DNA of 47,187 bases from Allosphingosinicella sp. Its GTDB lineage: Bacteria > Pseudomonadota > Alphaproteobacteria > Sphingomonadales > Sphingomonadaceae. This document shows positions 28,525 through 37,818 of this stretch, piece by piece; within the stretch, counting starts at the first letter, position 1, and each line of letters opens with the position of its first letter. The translations under genes and the position numbers were made by a program. The notes below the pieces were generated by a model. That model was not told the DNA's origin. It saw only the letters and a list, made by a program, of their open reading frames with translations, and searched no databases. Location of the stretch: positions 1-47,187 of the forward strand of contig JBEVDE010000448.1 in assembly GCA_040514175.1 (NCBI GenBank), written 5' to 3'.

Positions 28525-28644
28525 TCCCCTCCCTGCAAGGGAGGGGCTGGGGGTGGGTCCGCCGAAGGCGGCCGAACTCCTACTCAGCAAAGAAGTCTCG
28601 CTGCGCTCGACTACCCACCCCTGGCCCCTCCCTTGCAGGGAGGG
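28525..28644. repeat. Palindromic repeat family A, copy 3
   Basis: First ~50 nt nearly identical to copy 2 (CCCTCCCTGCAAGGGAGGGGC.GGGGGTGGGTCCGCCGAAGGCGGCCGAA). Confidence 0.9.
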
Positions 28645-28645
28645 T

Positions 28646-28680
28646 GAAAAGAAAAGGGCGGCCCCGAAGGACCGCCCTTT
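28646..28680 (-). terminator. Rho-independent terminator of the tonB-exb operon
   Basis: Minus strand AAAGGGCGGTCC-TTCG-GGGCCGCCCTTTTCTTTT. Confidence 0.8.
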
Positions 28681-28703
28681 GAGAGAAAAAGTAGCTCGAG
28701 CCC

Positions 28704-29129
28704 CTAGAAGACCGAATAAGCCTCGTTGCCGACGAAGCCCATCTTCTCGACCCGGGCGCGCTTGGTGACGGCGAGGACTTCGTCGACCAGCTCGTAGCGG
28801 GCGGTGGGCTCGGGCTGGAGGTGAAGCTCGGGAACCGGGTTCATCGTCTGGGTGACGTCGAGATATTGCTTGAGCATCGCGAGGTCGATCGGGGTGCCGT
28901 TCCAAAGCACCTGATCCTGCGGCGAGATGACGATCTTGTTCTTGACCGGATCGATGGGCGGCGGCTGCTGGTTCGGCTGATCCTGCGGAAGATCGAGCTT
29001 CACCGCATGGGTCTGGAGCGGAATGGTGATGATGAACATGATCAGGAGCACCAGCATGACGTCGATGAGCGGCGTCGTGTTGATATCCATCATCGGTTCG
29101 TCATCGTTGCCGCCGACTGCCATTGACAT
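28704..29129 (-). CDS. exbD: Biopolymer transport protein ExbD/TolR
   Basis: DINTTPLIDVMLVLLIMF motif. Confidence 0.92.
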   Translation of the reverse strand: MSMAVGGNDDEPMMDINTTPLIDVMLVLLIMFIITIPLQTHAVKLDLPQDQPNQQPPPIDPVKNKIVISPQDQVLWNGTPIDLAMLKQYLDVTQTMNPVPELHLQPEPTARYELVDEVLAVTKRARVEKMGFVGNEAYSVF

Positions 29130-29165
29130 AAATCTAACTCCTAAACCCTGCTGTCCCGCACCCGC

Positions 29166-29660
29166 CTAGAGGCGCGCGCCGCCGCCGCGCGGAGGCGGCT
29201 CGGAGATGAAGCCGACGCGCGCGAAGCCCGCCCGCTGCATCGTGTAGATCGCTCCGCCGACGCATTTGTAAGGCGTGTTGACGTCCGCCCGGATGTGCGC
29301 CTCCGGCATGTTTTCCTCGGTCATGTTCTCGACGCCGCCGAGCTTCCTGATCTCGGCCTCGAGCTTCTTGACCGCCATGTCGAGCAGCTGCTCCGAATTC
29401 ACTTTCTTCAGGCCCCAATAGACTCCGCAGCTGCCGTCGGGCTCCGCCCGGACCGAGAGAGAGACGTTCTCCGGCTTGGTCGTGGTCGCCTCGAAATCGA
29501 CTTTCGGCAATTTCATCGGGATCGTCTGGACCACCACCGGGACGGTGATCAGGAAGATGATGAGGAGAACCAGCATGACGTCCACGAGAGGAGTCGTGTT
29601 GATGTCCGACATCGGGTTTTCTTCGCCGGTTTCGCTCTCTTGGCCGACATTCATGGCCAT
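29166..29660 (-). CDS. exbD: Biopolymer transport protein ExbD/TolR
   Basis: DINTTPLVDVMLVLLIIF and IRAD motifs. Confidence 0.92.
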   Translation of the reverse strand: MAMNVGQESETGEENPMSDINTTPLVDVMLVLLIIFLITVPVVVQTIPMKLPKVDFEATTTKPENVSLSVRAEPDGSCGVYWGLKKVNSEQLLDMAVKKLEAEIRKLGGVENMTEENMPEAHIRADVNTPYKCVGGAIYTMQRAGFARVGFISEPPPRGGGARL

Positions 29661-29739
29661 GGTCGGTAATCCTATCTAGATCGAGTGCCGGGAACTCGCG
29701 GCGGCGATGCCCGAAGGCCCCGCCGCCGCCTCGTTTTCG

Positions 29740-30561
29740 TCAGACTTTCTTCGGGCCGGGGTTGTTGGCGCCGATCGCGCTGCCGGTGGCGGTGGTGCCG
29801 CCCGGCGAGGCTGCGCCCGGACCCTTCGCCGCGCTGGCGGCTGTGGCGCCGGGACGGCCGGCGATGACCGGACGGACCGCTCCGCCGGACATCATGTAGC
29901 CGTGAAGCTCGTTCGAGAAGCGGGCGAGCTCCTCGACGATCGCCTTGTTGCGGCGGATCAGCCAGTTGTAGGCGAGCACGGCCGGAACCGCGACGACCAG
30001 GCCGAGGGCGGTCATGATCAGCGATTCGCCGACCGGGCCGGCGACGGTGTCGATCGAGGCCTGACCGGCGGCGCCGATCTTCACGAGGGCGCGGTAGATG
30101 CCGACGACGGTTCCGAACAGACCGACGAACGGCGCGGTCGAGCCGACGGTGGCGAGGAAGGCGAGGCCGCTCGACAGGCGCGAGGTGATCGCGCCCTGGC
30201 TGCGCGCCAGCGAGTTGAGCATCCAGTCATGCTGGTCGATCGGATCGGTCAGCTTGTCATGCTGCTCGAGCGCGAGGATGCCGTCGTCGACGATCTGGCG
30301 ATAGGCGCTGTTCTTCTCGAGCTTCGAGGCGCCCTCGCGCAAATTGGGCGATTGCCAGAAGCTGCTGCGGGCGCGGCGGCCCTGGTTGATAATCTTCTGC
30401 TGCTCGAAAAGCTTGACGAACAGCACATACCAGGAGCCGGCCGACATGATCACGAGGATGATGAAGGTCGCCCAGGCGATCGCTCCGCCCTGCTGAAGTG
30501 CGGCCATGAGGCCATAGGGGTTTTCGCCGCCTGGGGCTGCGCCTGGTGCTGGGGTAGCCAT
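29740..30561 (-). CDS. exbB: MotA/TolQ/ExbB proton channel protein
   Basis: GSTAPFVGLFGTVVGI and LIMTALGLVVAVPA motifs. Confidence 0.93.
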   Translation of the reverse strand: MATPAPGAAPGGENPYGLMAALQQGGAIAWATFIILVIMSAGSWYVLFVKLFEQQKIINQGRRARSSFWQSPNLREGASKLEKNSAYRQIVDDGILALEQHDKLTDPIDQHDWMLNSLARSQGAITSRLSSGLAFLATVGSTAPFVGLFGTVVGIYRALVKIGAAGQASIDTVAGPVGESLIMTALGLVVAVPAVLAYNWLIRRNKAIVEELARFSNELHGYMMSGGAVRPVIAGRPGATAASAAKGPGAASPGGTTATGSAIGANNPGPKKV

Positions 30562-30612
30562 GGTCTCTACTTTCCTCTCAGATGAACATTTAAATCGTGA
30601 TGTGTCGCGTCG

Positions 30613-31287
30613 TCAGTCGGCCGGGAGACGCCAGACGATGCGTCCGCTGACCGAGTCGCTCGTCGTCCCGCCGGTGCTGTCGGTGGCGGGGGTGAACCGG
30701 GCCCTCGACCTCAGCAGGCGGCACGTCGTCGAATCCAGCGCGGATGAACCGCTCGACGAGGTCACCGTACAATTGGTGACCCGGCCGTTGGCGCCGACTT
30801 CGAGCCGGAAGCCGGTCGCGCCCGATTCGCCGGAGCGGACCGCCGAAGCCGGATAATCCTCGTCCGAGAAAAGCGACGCGAGGTTGGCCTTGGCCCGGGC
30901 CGGAGTCACCTTCTTGGGAGGCGGCGGCGGCGGCGGCGGCGCCGGCGGCGCGGGAGGCGCCGGCGGAGCCGTGTAGGTCTGCTGCGGCGGCGGCGCGGTA
31001 GGCACCGAGAAGACCGGCGGCGGCGGCGTGTTCGTCCGCACGATCGGCGGCGGACTCACCACCGGCGGCGGAGTCTGCGGCTGGTCGGGCGGCGGGGGCG
31101 GCGGCTTCTCCTCGGGGGGCGGCGGCTCCTCCTCCACGTTGAACGTCTTGAGATCAGCCGCCACCTTCTTGACCACATTATAGGCCAAGCCGGTGATGAG
31201 CGCGTAGCCGAGAAGAGCGTGGAGGAGAGCGACGATGAAGATCGCCGTCATGCGGCTCCGGCTCATCCTGTTGTCAGCATATGCCAT
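30613..31287 (-). CDS. tonB: Energy transducer TonB
   Basis: N-terminal TM with His, Pro-rich linker, DYPASA and SSGSSALD C-terminal domain motifs. Confidence 0.92.
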   Translation of the reverse strand: MAYADNRMSRSRMTAIFIVALLHALLGYALITGLAYNVVKKVAADLKTFNVEEEPPPPEEKPPPPPPDQPQTPPPVVSPPPIVRTNTPPPPVFSVPTAPPPQQTYTAPPAPPAPPAPPPPPPPPKKVTPARAKANLASLFSDEDYPASAVRSGESGATGFRLEVGANGRVTNCTVTSSSGSSALDSTTCRLLRSRARFTPATDSTGGTTSDSVSGRIVWRLPAD

Positions 31288-31543
31288 TAATCAGCCACAC
31301 TCCCTCTCTTCGTCTCTCGCAGGGACCCTGCGCGCCACCAACAACGCGGCTGAACCCCAACGGCTCCATCCGATATGCGATGTATCAACATATCATGGGC
31401 CGAAGCCCTGTCCTCTATCCTGAGACTAAGGAGGACGCAATCCTCCTGTATATGCAAGCCGCTTGCGCCTAAAACGGCCGAAATCCGCCGTTCATCCCGC
31501 TAAGCATATGGGAAACGGGGCATAAACTTACGGAGGCGGAACG

Positions 31544-32392
31544 GTGGCAGGGTCGCTAACTTTTTGTAAACAGGCGCTGGCGGCGGCGCTGATCGCGGTC
31601 GCGGCGGCTCCGGCCGAATCGCAGGCGCCGCCGGCGCCGACTCCGACTTATGCCGATCTCGCCGACCTCGCCTTGGCCGCGCCGGTCGCGGCCCAGGTCA
31701 GGATCGCCGACGCCGTGGCGGTCAAGGCCGAGCGGGCGCCGGACCTCAAGCCGGGCATGGCCCGCTTCTACGTCCAGGCCGCCCTGGTCTCGCTGATCCG
31801 CTCGCCGCAGTCGCTGCCGGCGCGGCTGAGCTACCTCGTCGACCTGCCGCGCGACTCCAGGGGCAAGCCGCCCAGGCTTCGCAAGGGCGGAGAGTTCCTT
31901 CTGCTCGCGGCGCCGGTGGCGGGACGGCCGGGCGAGCTCCGGCTGGTCGCGCCCGACGCCCAGATCCCCTTCACCCCCGAGCGCGCCGCGACCCTGCGCT
32001 CGATCATCCGCGAAGCGAGCTCGGCCTCGCCGCCGCCGCGGATCGCCGGGATCGGCCGCGCCTTCCACGTGCCGGGCGCGATCCGCGGCGAGAGCGAGAC
32101 CCAGCTGTTCCTGCAGACCGCCGGCGGCACGCCCGTATCGCTGACCGTGCTTCGCCGCCCGGGCCAGATTCCGGTCTGGGCCGTCGCCCTGGGCGAGATC
32201 GTCGACGAAGCCGCGGAGCCGCCCGCGCCGGCCACCCTGCTCTGGTACCGCCTGGCCTGCGGCCTGCCCCGCGCGCTGCCCAGGCAGAGCCTCGCCGAGG
32301 CCGATCCTGAAGCGGCGGCGGCGATCGAGGCGGATTACCGGCTGGTGCTGGACCGGCTCGGGCCGTGCGCGCGGTCGAGAGGTCGGGGCTAG
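31544..32392 (+). CDS. Hypothetical exported protein
   Basis: GGAGG RBS, signal peptide, TYADLADL and GESETQLFL segments. Confidence 0.75.
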   Translation: MAGSLTFCKQALAAALIAVAAAPAESQAPPAPTPTYADLADLALAAPVAAQVRIADAVAVKAERAPDLKPGMARFYVQAALVSLIRSPQSLPARLSYLVDLPRDSRGKPPRLRKGGEFLLLAAPVAGRPGELRLVAPDAQIPFTPERAATLRSIIREASSASPPPRIAGIGRAFHVPGAIRGESETQLFLQTAGGTPVSLTVLRRPGQIPVWAVALGEIVDEAAEPPAPATLLWYRLACGLPRALPRQSLAEADPEAAAAIEADYRLVLDRLGPCARSRGRG

Positions 32393-32400
32393 GACGACCA

Positions 32401-32432
32401 AATTCCTCTCCGGCATTTGCCGGGGCGGAATT
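32401..32432. terminator. Hairpin between convergent genes
   Basis: AATTCCTCTCCGGCA-TT-TGCCGGGGCGGAATT; resembles one arm of repeat family B. Confidence 0.5.
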
Positions 32433-32833
32433 CAATAGGAGGTCAGCTCCACCCCGACCCCCGCGCAGTCCGGATAGATGTCCGGCTTCCGGGTGGCGAC
32501 CCGAAGGCCGGTGACTCCGCGGCGGGCCGCGACGAGGTCGTAAATCTCCCGCGCCACCGTTTCCTGGAGGTTGAAGCGGCGGCCTTCGAGCAGGATTCCG
32601 ATCTCGCTGCGAAGGAAATCATAGTCCCAGACGCCGCCGGGCTGGTCGTCGGTGGGAAAGCTCGCCTCGTCCACCCACACCTCGACCGTGACCATGAGCC
32701 GCTGCGGCGTGCCGACCTCGAAATCGTGGAAGCCGATGTCGGCGGACACGCAATAATCGTCGAGGACGATCTTGCGGCTCTTCGGCGCCAGCCGGGCGGG
32801 CACGAGGCCGTCGAGCTTCACATGCTCATTCAT
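32432..32833 (-). CDS. folB: Dihydroneopterin aldolase
   Basis: IGFHDFEVGTPQRL, WDYD, FNLQET and KPDIY motifs. Confidence 0.88.
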   Translation of the reverse strand: MNEHVKLDGLVPARLAPKSRKIVLDDYCVSADIGFHDFEVGTPQRLMVTVEVWVDEASFPTDDQPGGVWDYDFLRSEIGILLEGRRFNLQETVAREIYDLVAARRGVTGLRVATRKPDIYPDCAGVGVELTSY

Positions 32834-33584
32834 CACCGGGCTCCAGGAATTGCACGTCGCGGGGCAGGCCGAGGAAGCGCTGGCCGCCGTCGAGGATGAG
32901 GGTCTGCCCGGTGAAGGTCGGCGTTGCAATGATGAAGCGCAGAGCGGCGGCGATCTCCTCGACCCTGACGCCGCGGCCGAGGGCGTTCAACGCGTGGACC
33001 GACTCGAAATTCTTCTGGGCGCCGGAAACCAGGGTCAGCGACGGCGCGATCCCGCAGACCCTGATGCCGCGCCCCGCCCAGGCCCGGGCGCAGAGCTCGG
33101 TCAGACCGGCGAGGCCGATTTTGGAGATGGTGTAGCTGAAGAAATCGGGATTGGGTGCGGCGAGCTTCGAATCGAGCAGGTTGACGATCAGCCCGCCCCC
33201 CGCCGCCCGGGCGGCGAAGGCCTGGGAGAGGAAAGCCGGCGCCCGCAAATTGGTGGCGAGATGGGCCTCCCAGCCTTCGAAGGTGAAGTCGTCGGCGCCG
33301 TCGAACGCGAAACGCGAAGCGTTGTTGACCAGAAGCCGCGCCGGCGGGAGGCCGTCCAGCGCCGCCATCACCCTGGCCGCGGCCTCCGGAGAGGCGAGGT
33401 CGGCGCTGACGACGGCGGCGTTGCCCAGCTCCGCCGCGAGGGCTTGCGCCTCTCCGGTCGAGCGTCGGCAATGGATGAGCAGATGCCAGCCGTCCTCGGC
33501 CAGCGCCCGGCACAAAGCGGCGCCGATCCGCCGGGCTCCTCCGGTGACGATCGCGGTCCGCGCGCCTTCGAACTCGCTGGCCAT
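32826..33584 (-). CDS. SDR oxidoreductase (pteridine reductase/FolM-like)
   Basis: TGGARRIG, NNAS and YTISK motifs; overlaps folB. Confidence 0.88.
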   Translation of the reverse strand: MASEFEGARTAIVTGGARRIGAALCRALAEDGWHLLIHCRRSTGEAQALAAELGNAAVVSADLASPEAAARVMAALDGLPPARLLVNNASRFAFDGADDFTFEGWEAHLATNLRAPAFLSQAFAARAAGGGLIVNLLDSKLAAPNPDFFSYTISKIGLAGLTELCARAWAGRGIRVCGIAPSLTLVSGAQKNFESVHALNALGRGVRVEEIAAALRFIIATPTFTGQTLILDGGQRFLGLPRDVQFLEPGDE

Positions 33585-33660
33585 GCCGCCGGATAGGATG
33601 GACTTGGAAAGGCGGCAAGGCTTGCCGCCGGGCTCCCGCCCCGCCAGAGTCGCCCGCGCC

Positions 33661-34224
33661 ATGCCGATGCCCCCGCCCCCCGACGACCTTGCCGGCCTCT
33701 CGCTGGCGGAGATCGCCCGACTGGCCGAGGAGGAGAAACTGCCTCCGGTCGACAAATGGGACCCGACCCATTGCGGCGACAGCGAGATGCGCATCGCCCG
33801 CGACGGCGTCTGGTACCATCAGGGCAGCCCGATCGGCCGGCCAGCGATGGTACGGCTCTTCTCGACCATATTGAGGCGCGAGGCGGACGGCCGGTTCGTT
33901 CTCGTGACTCCGGTCGAGAAGCTCGACATCGCGGTCGAGGACGCGCCCTTCGTCGCCGTCGAGCTGAAGGCGGAAGGACAAGGCGAGGCGGCTTCGCTCG
34001 CCTTCCGCCTCAACACCGGCGACGTCGTCATCGCCGGTCCCGGCCACCCGCTTCGCTTCGCGGCGGGCGAGGGCGGACCGCACCCCTACCTCCGGGTCCG
34101 GAGCGGGCTCGACGCGCTCGTCGCCCGCCCGGTCTATTACGAGCTGGCCGAGATCGCCCTCGCCGGCGGCGACCCGCCCGGCCTGTGGAGCGGCGGCGCC
34201 TTCTTCCCGATGGACGCGGCGTGA
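33661..34224 (+). CDS. DUF1285 family protein
   Basis: LPPVDKWDP, GVWYHQGSPI and LVTPVEK..I.VEDAPF motifs. Confidence 0.88.
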   Translation: MPMPPPPDDLAGLSLAEIARLAEEEKLPPVDKWDPTHCGDSEMRIARDGVWYHQGSPIGRPAMVRLFSTILRREADGRFVLVTPVEKLDIAVEDAPFVAVELKAEGQGEAASLAFRLNTGDVVIAGPGHPLRFAAGEGGPHPYLRVRSGLDALVARPVYYELAEIALAGGDPPGLWSGGAFFPMDAA

Positions 34225-34817
34225 CCGGTCTCGCGGCGCGGCTCCGCGACGCCCTCGAGCGGGGGCATCGCCGCCGCCCGATCCTGCTCGAAGGCGACGT
34301 GCTCGAGGGGGCTGACGGCGATCTCACGCCGGCGGCGGTGCTGGTGGCGGTGGTCGACCATCGCTCGCCGACGGTGATCCTGACCGAGCGGCCCAAGACG
34401 ATGCGCAAGCATCCCGGCCAGATCAGCTTTCCCGGCGGACGGATCGATCCGGAGGACGACGGCCCCGTCGCCGCCGCATTGCGCGAGGCCGAGGAGGAGA
34501 TCGCCCTCCCTCGCGACTCGGTCGAAGTCATCGGCGCCGCCGACCTCTATCGCACCGTCACCGGCTTCGAGGTCATTCCGATCGTCGGTGTGATCCCGCC
34601 CGGCCTCGACCTCGAGCCGCAGCCGGGCGAGGTGGCGGCGATGTTCGAGGCGCCGCTCCATTATCTGCTCGACCCCCGCCACCAGATGGTCCGGACGGCG
34701 ACCTGGCAGGGCCGCGAGCGCAGCTATTACGAGATCGAATGGGAGGGCCGCCGGATCTGGGGCGCGACCGCGGCGATGATCGTCAACCTGTCGCGCCGGC
34801 TGGAACTGGCGCAATGA
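34221..34817 (+). CDS. CoA pyrophosphatase (Nudix)
   Basis: GTGA overlap with the upstream gene; HPGQISFPGG, ALREAEEEI and IWGATA motifs. Confidence 0.92.
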   Translation: MTGLAARLRDALERGHRRRPILLEGDVLEGADGDLTPAAVLVAVVDHRSPTVILTERPKTMRKHPGQISFPGGRIDPEDDGPVAAALREAEEEIALPRDSVEVIGAADLYRTVTGFEVIPIVGVIPPGLDLEPQPGEVAAMFEAPLHYLLDPRHQMVRTATWQGRERSYYEIEWEGRRIWGATAAMIVNLSRRLELAQ

Positions 34818-36022
34818 AGCTGCCGCGGGCGGCCTGGCAGCGGCGCGAGGGGATGAAGCCGCTGCTCGCCGCGCTCGGCGCGAAGGACGGCGACACGCGC
34901 TACGTCGGCGGCTGCGTCCGCGACACCTTGCTCGGCCTTCCGGTCAGCGACGTCGATCTCGCCACCAGGCTTTCGCCGAAGGAGGTGATGGCGCGGCTCG
35001 CCAGGGCGCGGATCAAGGCGGTCCCCACCGGCCTCGCCCACGGCACCGTCACCGCCGTTGTCGGCGGCAAGCCGGTCGAGGTGACGACGCTCAGGCGCGA
35101 CGTCGCCACCGACGGCCGCCGGGCCACCATCGCCTACACCGACGACTGGCGCGAGGACGCCGCCCGCCGCGACTTCACCATCAACGCCCTGCTCGCCGAT
35201 CCCGCGACGCTCGAGGTCCTCGATTATTTCGGCGGTGAGGCCGACCTCGCCGAGCGCCGGGTCCGCTTCATCGGCGACCCGCTCACCCGAATCGCCGAGG
35301 ATCATCTCCGGATCCTGCGCTTCTTCCGCTTCTACGCGCGCTTCGGGGCGGGAGCGCCCGATCCGGCGGGGCTCGAAGCCTGCGCGGACCGGGCCAACGA
35401 CCTGATGGCGCTGTCGCGCGAGCGGATCGCCGACGAGCTCACCAAGCTGCTCGCTCTGCCCGGCCCGGTCGACGCGGTCCGGCTGATGGTGGAGCGGGGG
35501 ATATTGAAGCCGGTGCTGCCGGAGATCGGCGCGGACGGAATCGACCGGCTGGCGAGGCTGGTCCGGCGCGAGGAGGAAGCGGGGGTTCCGGCGAACCCGC
35601 TTCGGCGGCTCGCGGCGCTGATCCCCGCCGACCCCGACCTCGCCGGCGCCATCGCCGCCCGCCTCCGCCTGTCGAACCGTTCCGCCAAGAGGCTGGTATC
35701 GGCCGCGAGACGCGCTCCAGGCGACCCGGAGCCGCCGCAGATCCTCGCTTATGCGATCGGCGGCGAAGAGGCCGTCGACCGGATCCTGCTCGGCGAAGGC
35801 GAGCCCGGCGCGACGGCGGCGCTGGCCGGCTGGCAAAGGCCGCGGATGCGGCTCGGCGGCGGCGACCTCATCGCCATGGGCCTGGCTCCCGGACCGGTGG
35901 TGGCCCGGACCCTCCAGGCGATCGAGCGCGAATGGGCCGAGGCCGGCTTTCCGCCGGAGAGCGGGGCGCAGCGGGCCATCGCCCGGCGCCATGTCGATCA
36001 GGCCTTGCGTGAAGCCCAGTAA
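34814..36022 (+). CDS. cca: CCA tRNA nucleotidyltransferase
   Basis: VGGCVRD..DVD, RRDFTIN and EDHLRILRFFRF motifs. Confidence 0.92.
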   Translation: MKLPRAAWQRREGMKPLLAALGAKDGDTRYVGGCVRDTLLGLPVSDVDLATRLSPKEVMARLARARIKAVPTGLAHGTVTAVVGGKPVEVTTLRRDVATDGRRATIAYTDDWREDAARRDFTINALLADPATLEVLDYFGGEADLAERRVRFIGDPLTRIAEDHLRILRFFRFYARFGAGAPDPAGLEACADRANDLMALSRERIADELTKLLALPGPVDAVRLMVERGILKPVLPEIGADGIDRLARLVRREEEAGVPANPLRRLAALIPADPDLAGAIAARLRLSNRSAKRLVSAARRAPGDPEPPQILAYAIGGEEAVDRILLGEGEPGATAALAGWQRPRMRLGGGDLIAMGLAPGPVVARTLQAIEREWAEAGFPPESGAQRAIARRHVDQALREAQ

Positions 36023-37767
36023 GCGAGCGCCGAATCCGGATCGAGGGGCCGCGCGAAATGGAAGCCCTGGCCGTGCGAGCAGCCCATTTCGGCCAGCGCC
36101 CGCGCCAGCTCCGGCGAGTCGATGCCCTCCGCCGTCGTATCCATGCCGAGCGCGCTGGCGAGCGACAATATGGCCCGGACGATGGCGACCGAATCGGCAT
36201 CCCGGAGCATTCCGGAGACGAAGCTTCGGTCGATCTTGAGCATGTCGATCGGCAGGCGCTGGAGATAGGCGAGCGAGGTGTAGCCGGTGCCGAAATCGTC
36301 CATCGCGACGCTGACCCCGAGCGCCTTCAGGCCGTCGAGGACATCGGTCGCGCGCTTCGGATCCTGGACGATCGCGCTTTCGGTGAGCTCCAGGATCAGC
36401 CGCTCCCCCGGCAGGCCGTGCCGGGCGAGGGTGCAGTCGACGAAGCTGGTGATATCGTCCCGGGCGATCTGCAGGGCCGAGAGGTTGACGCTGACCGAAA
36501 GCGGCAGCGGCGCGCCATGGGCCGAATCCCACCGGCGCAGGGTGGCGATCGCCGTTTCCAGCGCCCATTGGCCGAGCGGAACGATCAGCCCCGATTCCTC
36601 TGCGACCGGGATGAATTCGGCCGGCGAGATCGGGCCGCGCCGGGGATGGTCCCAGCGCGCCAGCGCCTCGAAGCCGGCGACGGCGCCCGAGCGGAGGTCG
36701 ATCAGCGGCTGATAGACCAGGGTGAGGCCGCCGCGCTCGATCGAATGGCGAAGCTCGGTTTCGATGCTGAACCGCCGACGCGCCGCCCGCGCCTGATTGG
36801 GCTCGTATATCTGCACGGCGCCGCTCGCCTTGGAGCGCTTCAAGGCGAATTGGGCGTTGCGGAGCACCTCCTCTGCAAGCGCCTCGCTTCCGCTCAGCAG
36901 GGCGCAACCGAGCGCGCAGTCGACCCTTATCTCGAGCTCCGACAGCCGGAACGGCGCGGCCATCACCGCCTCGATCCGGGCGGCCGCCTGAAGCGCTTCC
37001 TCAAGGCCGCGGTCGAGCCGCATCAGGATCCCGAACTCGTCGCCGCCGGTGCGGGCGAGAAGGTCGCCGGCGCGGAGCGCCGAATAGAGCCGGCGGGCGA
37101 AGGTGATCAGCAATTCGTCGCCGGCGAGCGAGCCGACGCATTCGTTGACCCGGCTGAAGCGGCGCATGTCGACGACGAGGACGGCATAGCTTCCGGGCTG
37201 GAAGCCGGGATCTTCGAGCACCGCCTCGACCTGCTCGTTGAAGGCGGTCCGGTTGGGAAGGCCGGTCAGGCTGTCGCGAAGCATTTCGGCGCGAAGGCTG
37301 CGCTCGGTCTCGACCTGGGCGGTCTTGTCGATCAGCGATACCATGCAGCGGCCGGGCTGGCCGGGCAGAAGCGTCAGCCGGGCGAAGCGGATCGTGAAAT
37401 GGCGGCCGGCGACGGGGCGGCCGTCGGTGGTGTCGAATTGCGCGGCGGAGTCGTTCGAGCCGAGGAAGGCGGTGAGTCGGGTCCCGATCGGACCCGAGCG
37501 GAGCATCGGCACCTCGGCGATCCGGCGCTCGCCAAGCCGCTCATCCCATTCGGCGACGAGTCGGAACGGCTGGTTGGCGCATTCGATGAAGGGTTCGTCG
37601 CCGAGGGTGAGGATGGCGGAGGCGATCGGCAGGGCGTCGATATAGCGCTGGCGTACCGCCTCGAGCACGATGTGGAATTGGGGCGCGAGGTCCGGAGGCA
37701 CGCCGGCGTGCGGCGGAGGATGTCCCGCAGCCGATCCGCCTCGCCTCCGCGCCTTTGCTGCCGCCAT
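35998..37767 (-). CDS. GGDEF-EAL protein, probable c-di-GMP phosphodiesterase
   Basis: GGDEF; FEALARW, ELTES, DDFGTGY and KIDRSF intact. Confidence 0.92.
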   Translation of the reverse strand: MAAAKARRRGGSAAGHPPPHAGVPPDLAPQFHIVLEAVRQRYIDALPIASAILTLGDEPFIECANQPFRLVAEWDERLGERRIAEVPMLRSGPIGTRLTAFLGSNDSAAQFDTTDGRPVAGRHFTIRFARLTLLPGQPGRCMVSLIDKTAQVETERSLRAEMLRDSLTGLPNRTAFNEQVEAVLEDPGFQPGSYAVLVVDMRRFSRVNECVGSLAGDELLITFARRLYSALRAGDLLARTGGDEFGILMRLDRGLEEALQAAARIEAVMAAPFRLSELEIRVDCALGCALLSGSEALAEEVLRNAQFALKRSKASGAVQIYEPNQARAARRRFSIETELRHSIERGGLTLVYQPLIDLRSGAVAGFEALARWDHPRRGPISPAEFIPVAEESGLIVPLGQWALETAIATLRRWDSAHGAPLPLSVSVNLSALQIARDDITSFVDCTLARHGLPGERLILELTESAIVQDPKRATDVLDGLKALGVSVAMDDFGTGYTSLAYLQRLPIDMLKIDRSFVSGMLRDADSVAIVRAILSLASALGMDTTAEGIDSPELARALAEMGCSHGQGFHFARPLDPDSALAYWASRKA

Positions 37768-37787
37768 GGCACCGTTCCTAGGCGGGA

Positions 37788-37806
37788 ATGGTTAATTCTT
37801 TCTTCA
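37788..37806 (-). promoter_or_regulatory. CtrA-like box upstream of the GGDEF-EAL gene
   Basis: Minus strand TGAA-N7-TTAACCAT. Confidence 0.55.
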
Positions 37807-37818
37807 GACGGCAAGGCC

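Noticed and set aside
28520-28768. Short ORFs such as MPPLPAREGLGVGPPK, and those at 1294-1527, 10820-11167, 10986-11198 and 44843-45100
   Set aside because: Translations of palindromic repeats, not independent genes.
29698-29729. GC-rich hairpin between exbB and exbD
   Set aside because: Likely an ordinary intercistronic stabiliser; low complexity and nothing further to support.
30919-31135. GGC/CCG low-complexity runs
   Set aside because: They encode the normal proline-rich TonB linker.
28704-31287. Two exbD copies as a novelty
   Set aside because: tonB-exbB-exbD-exbD is a common arrangement.
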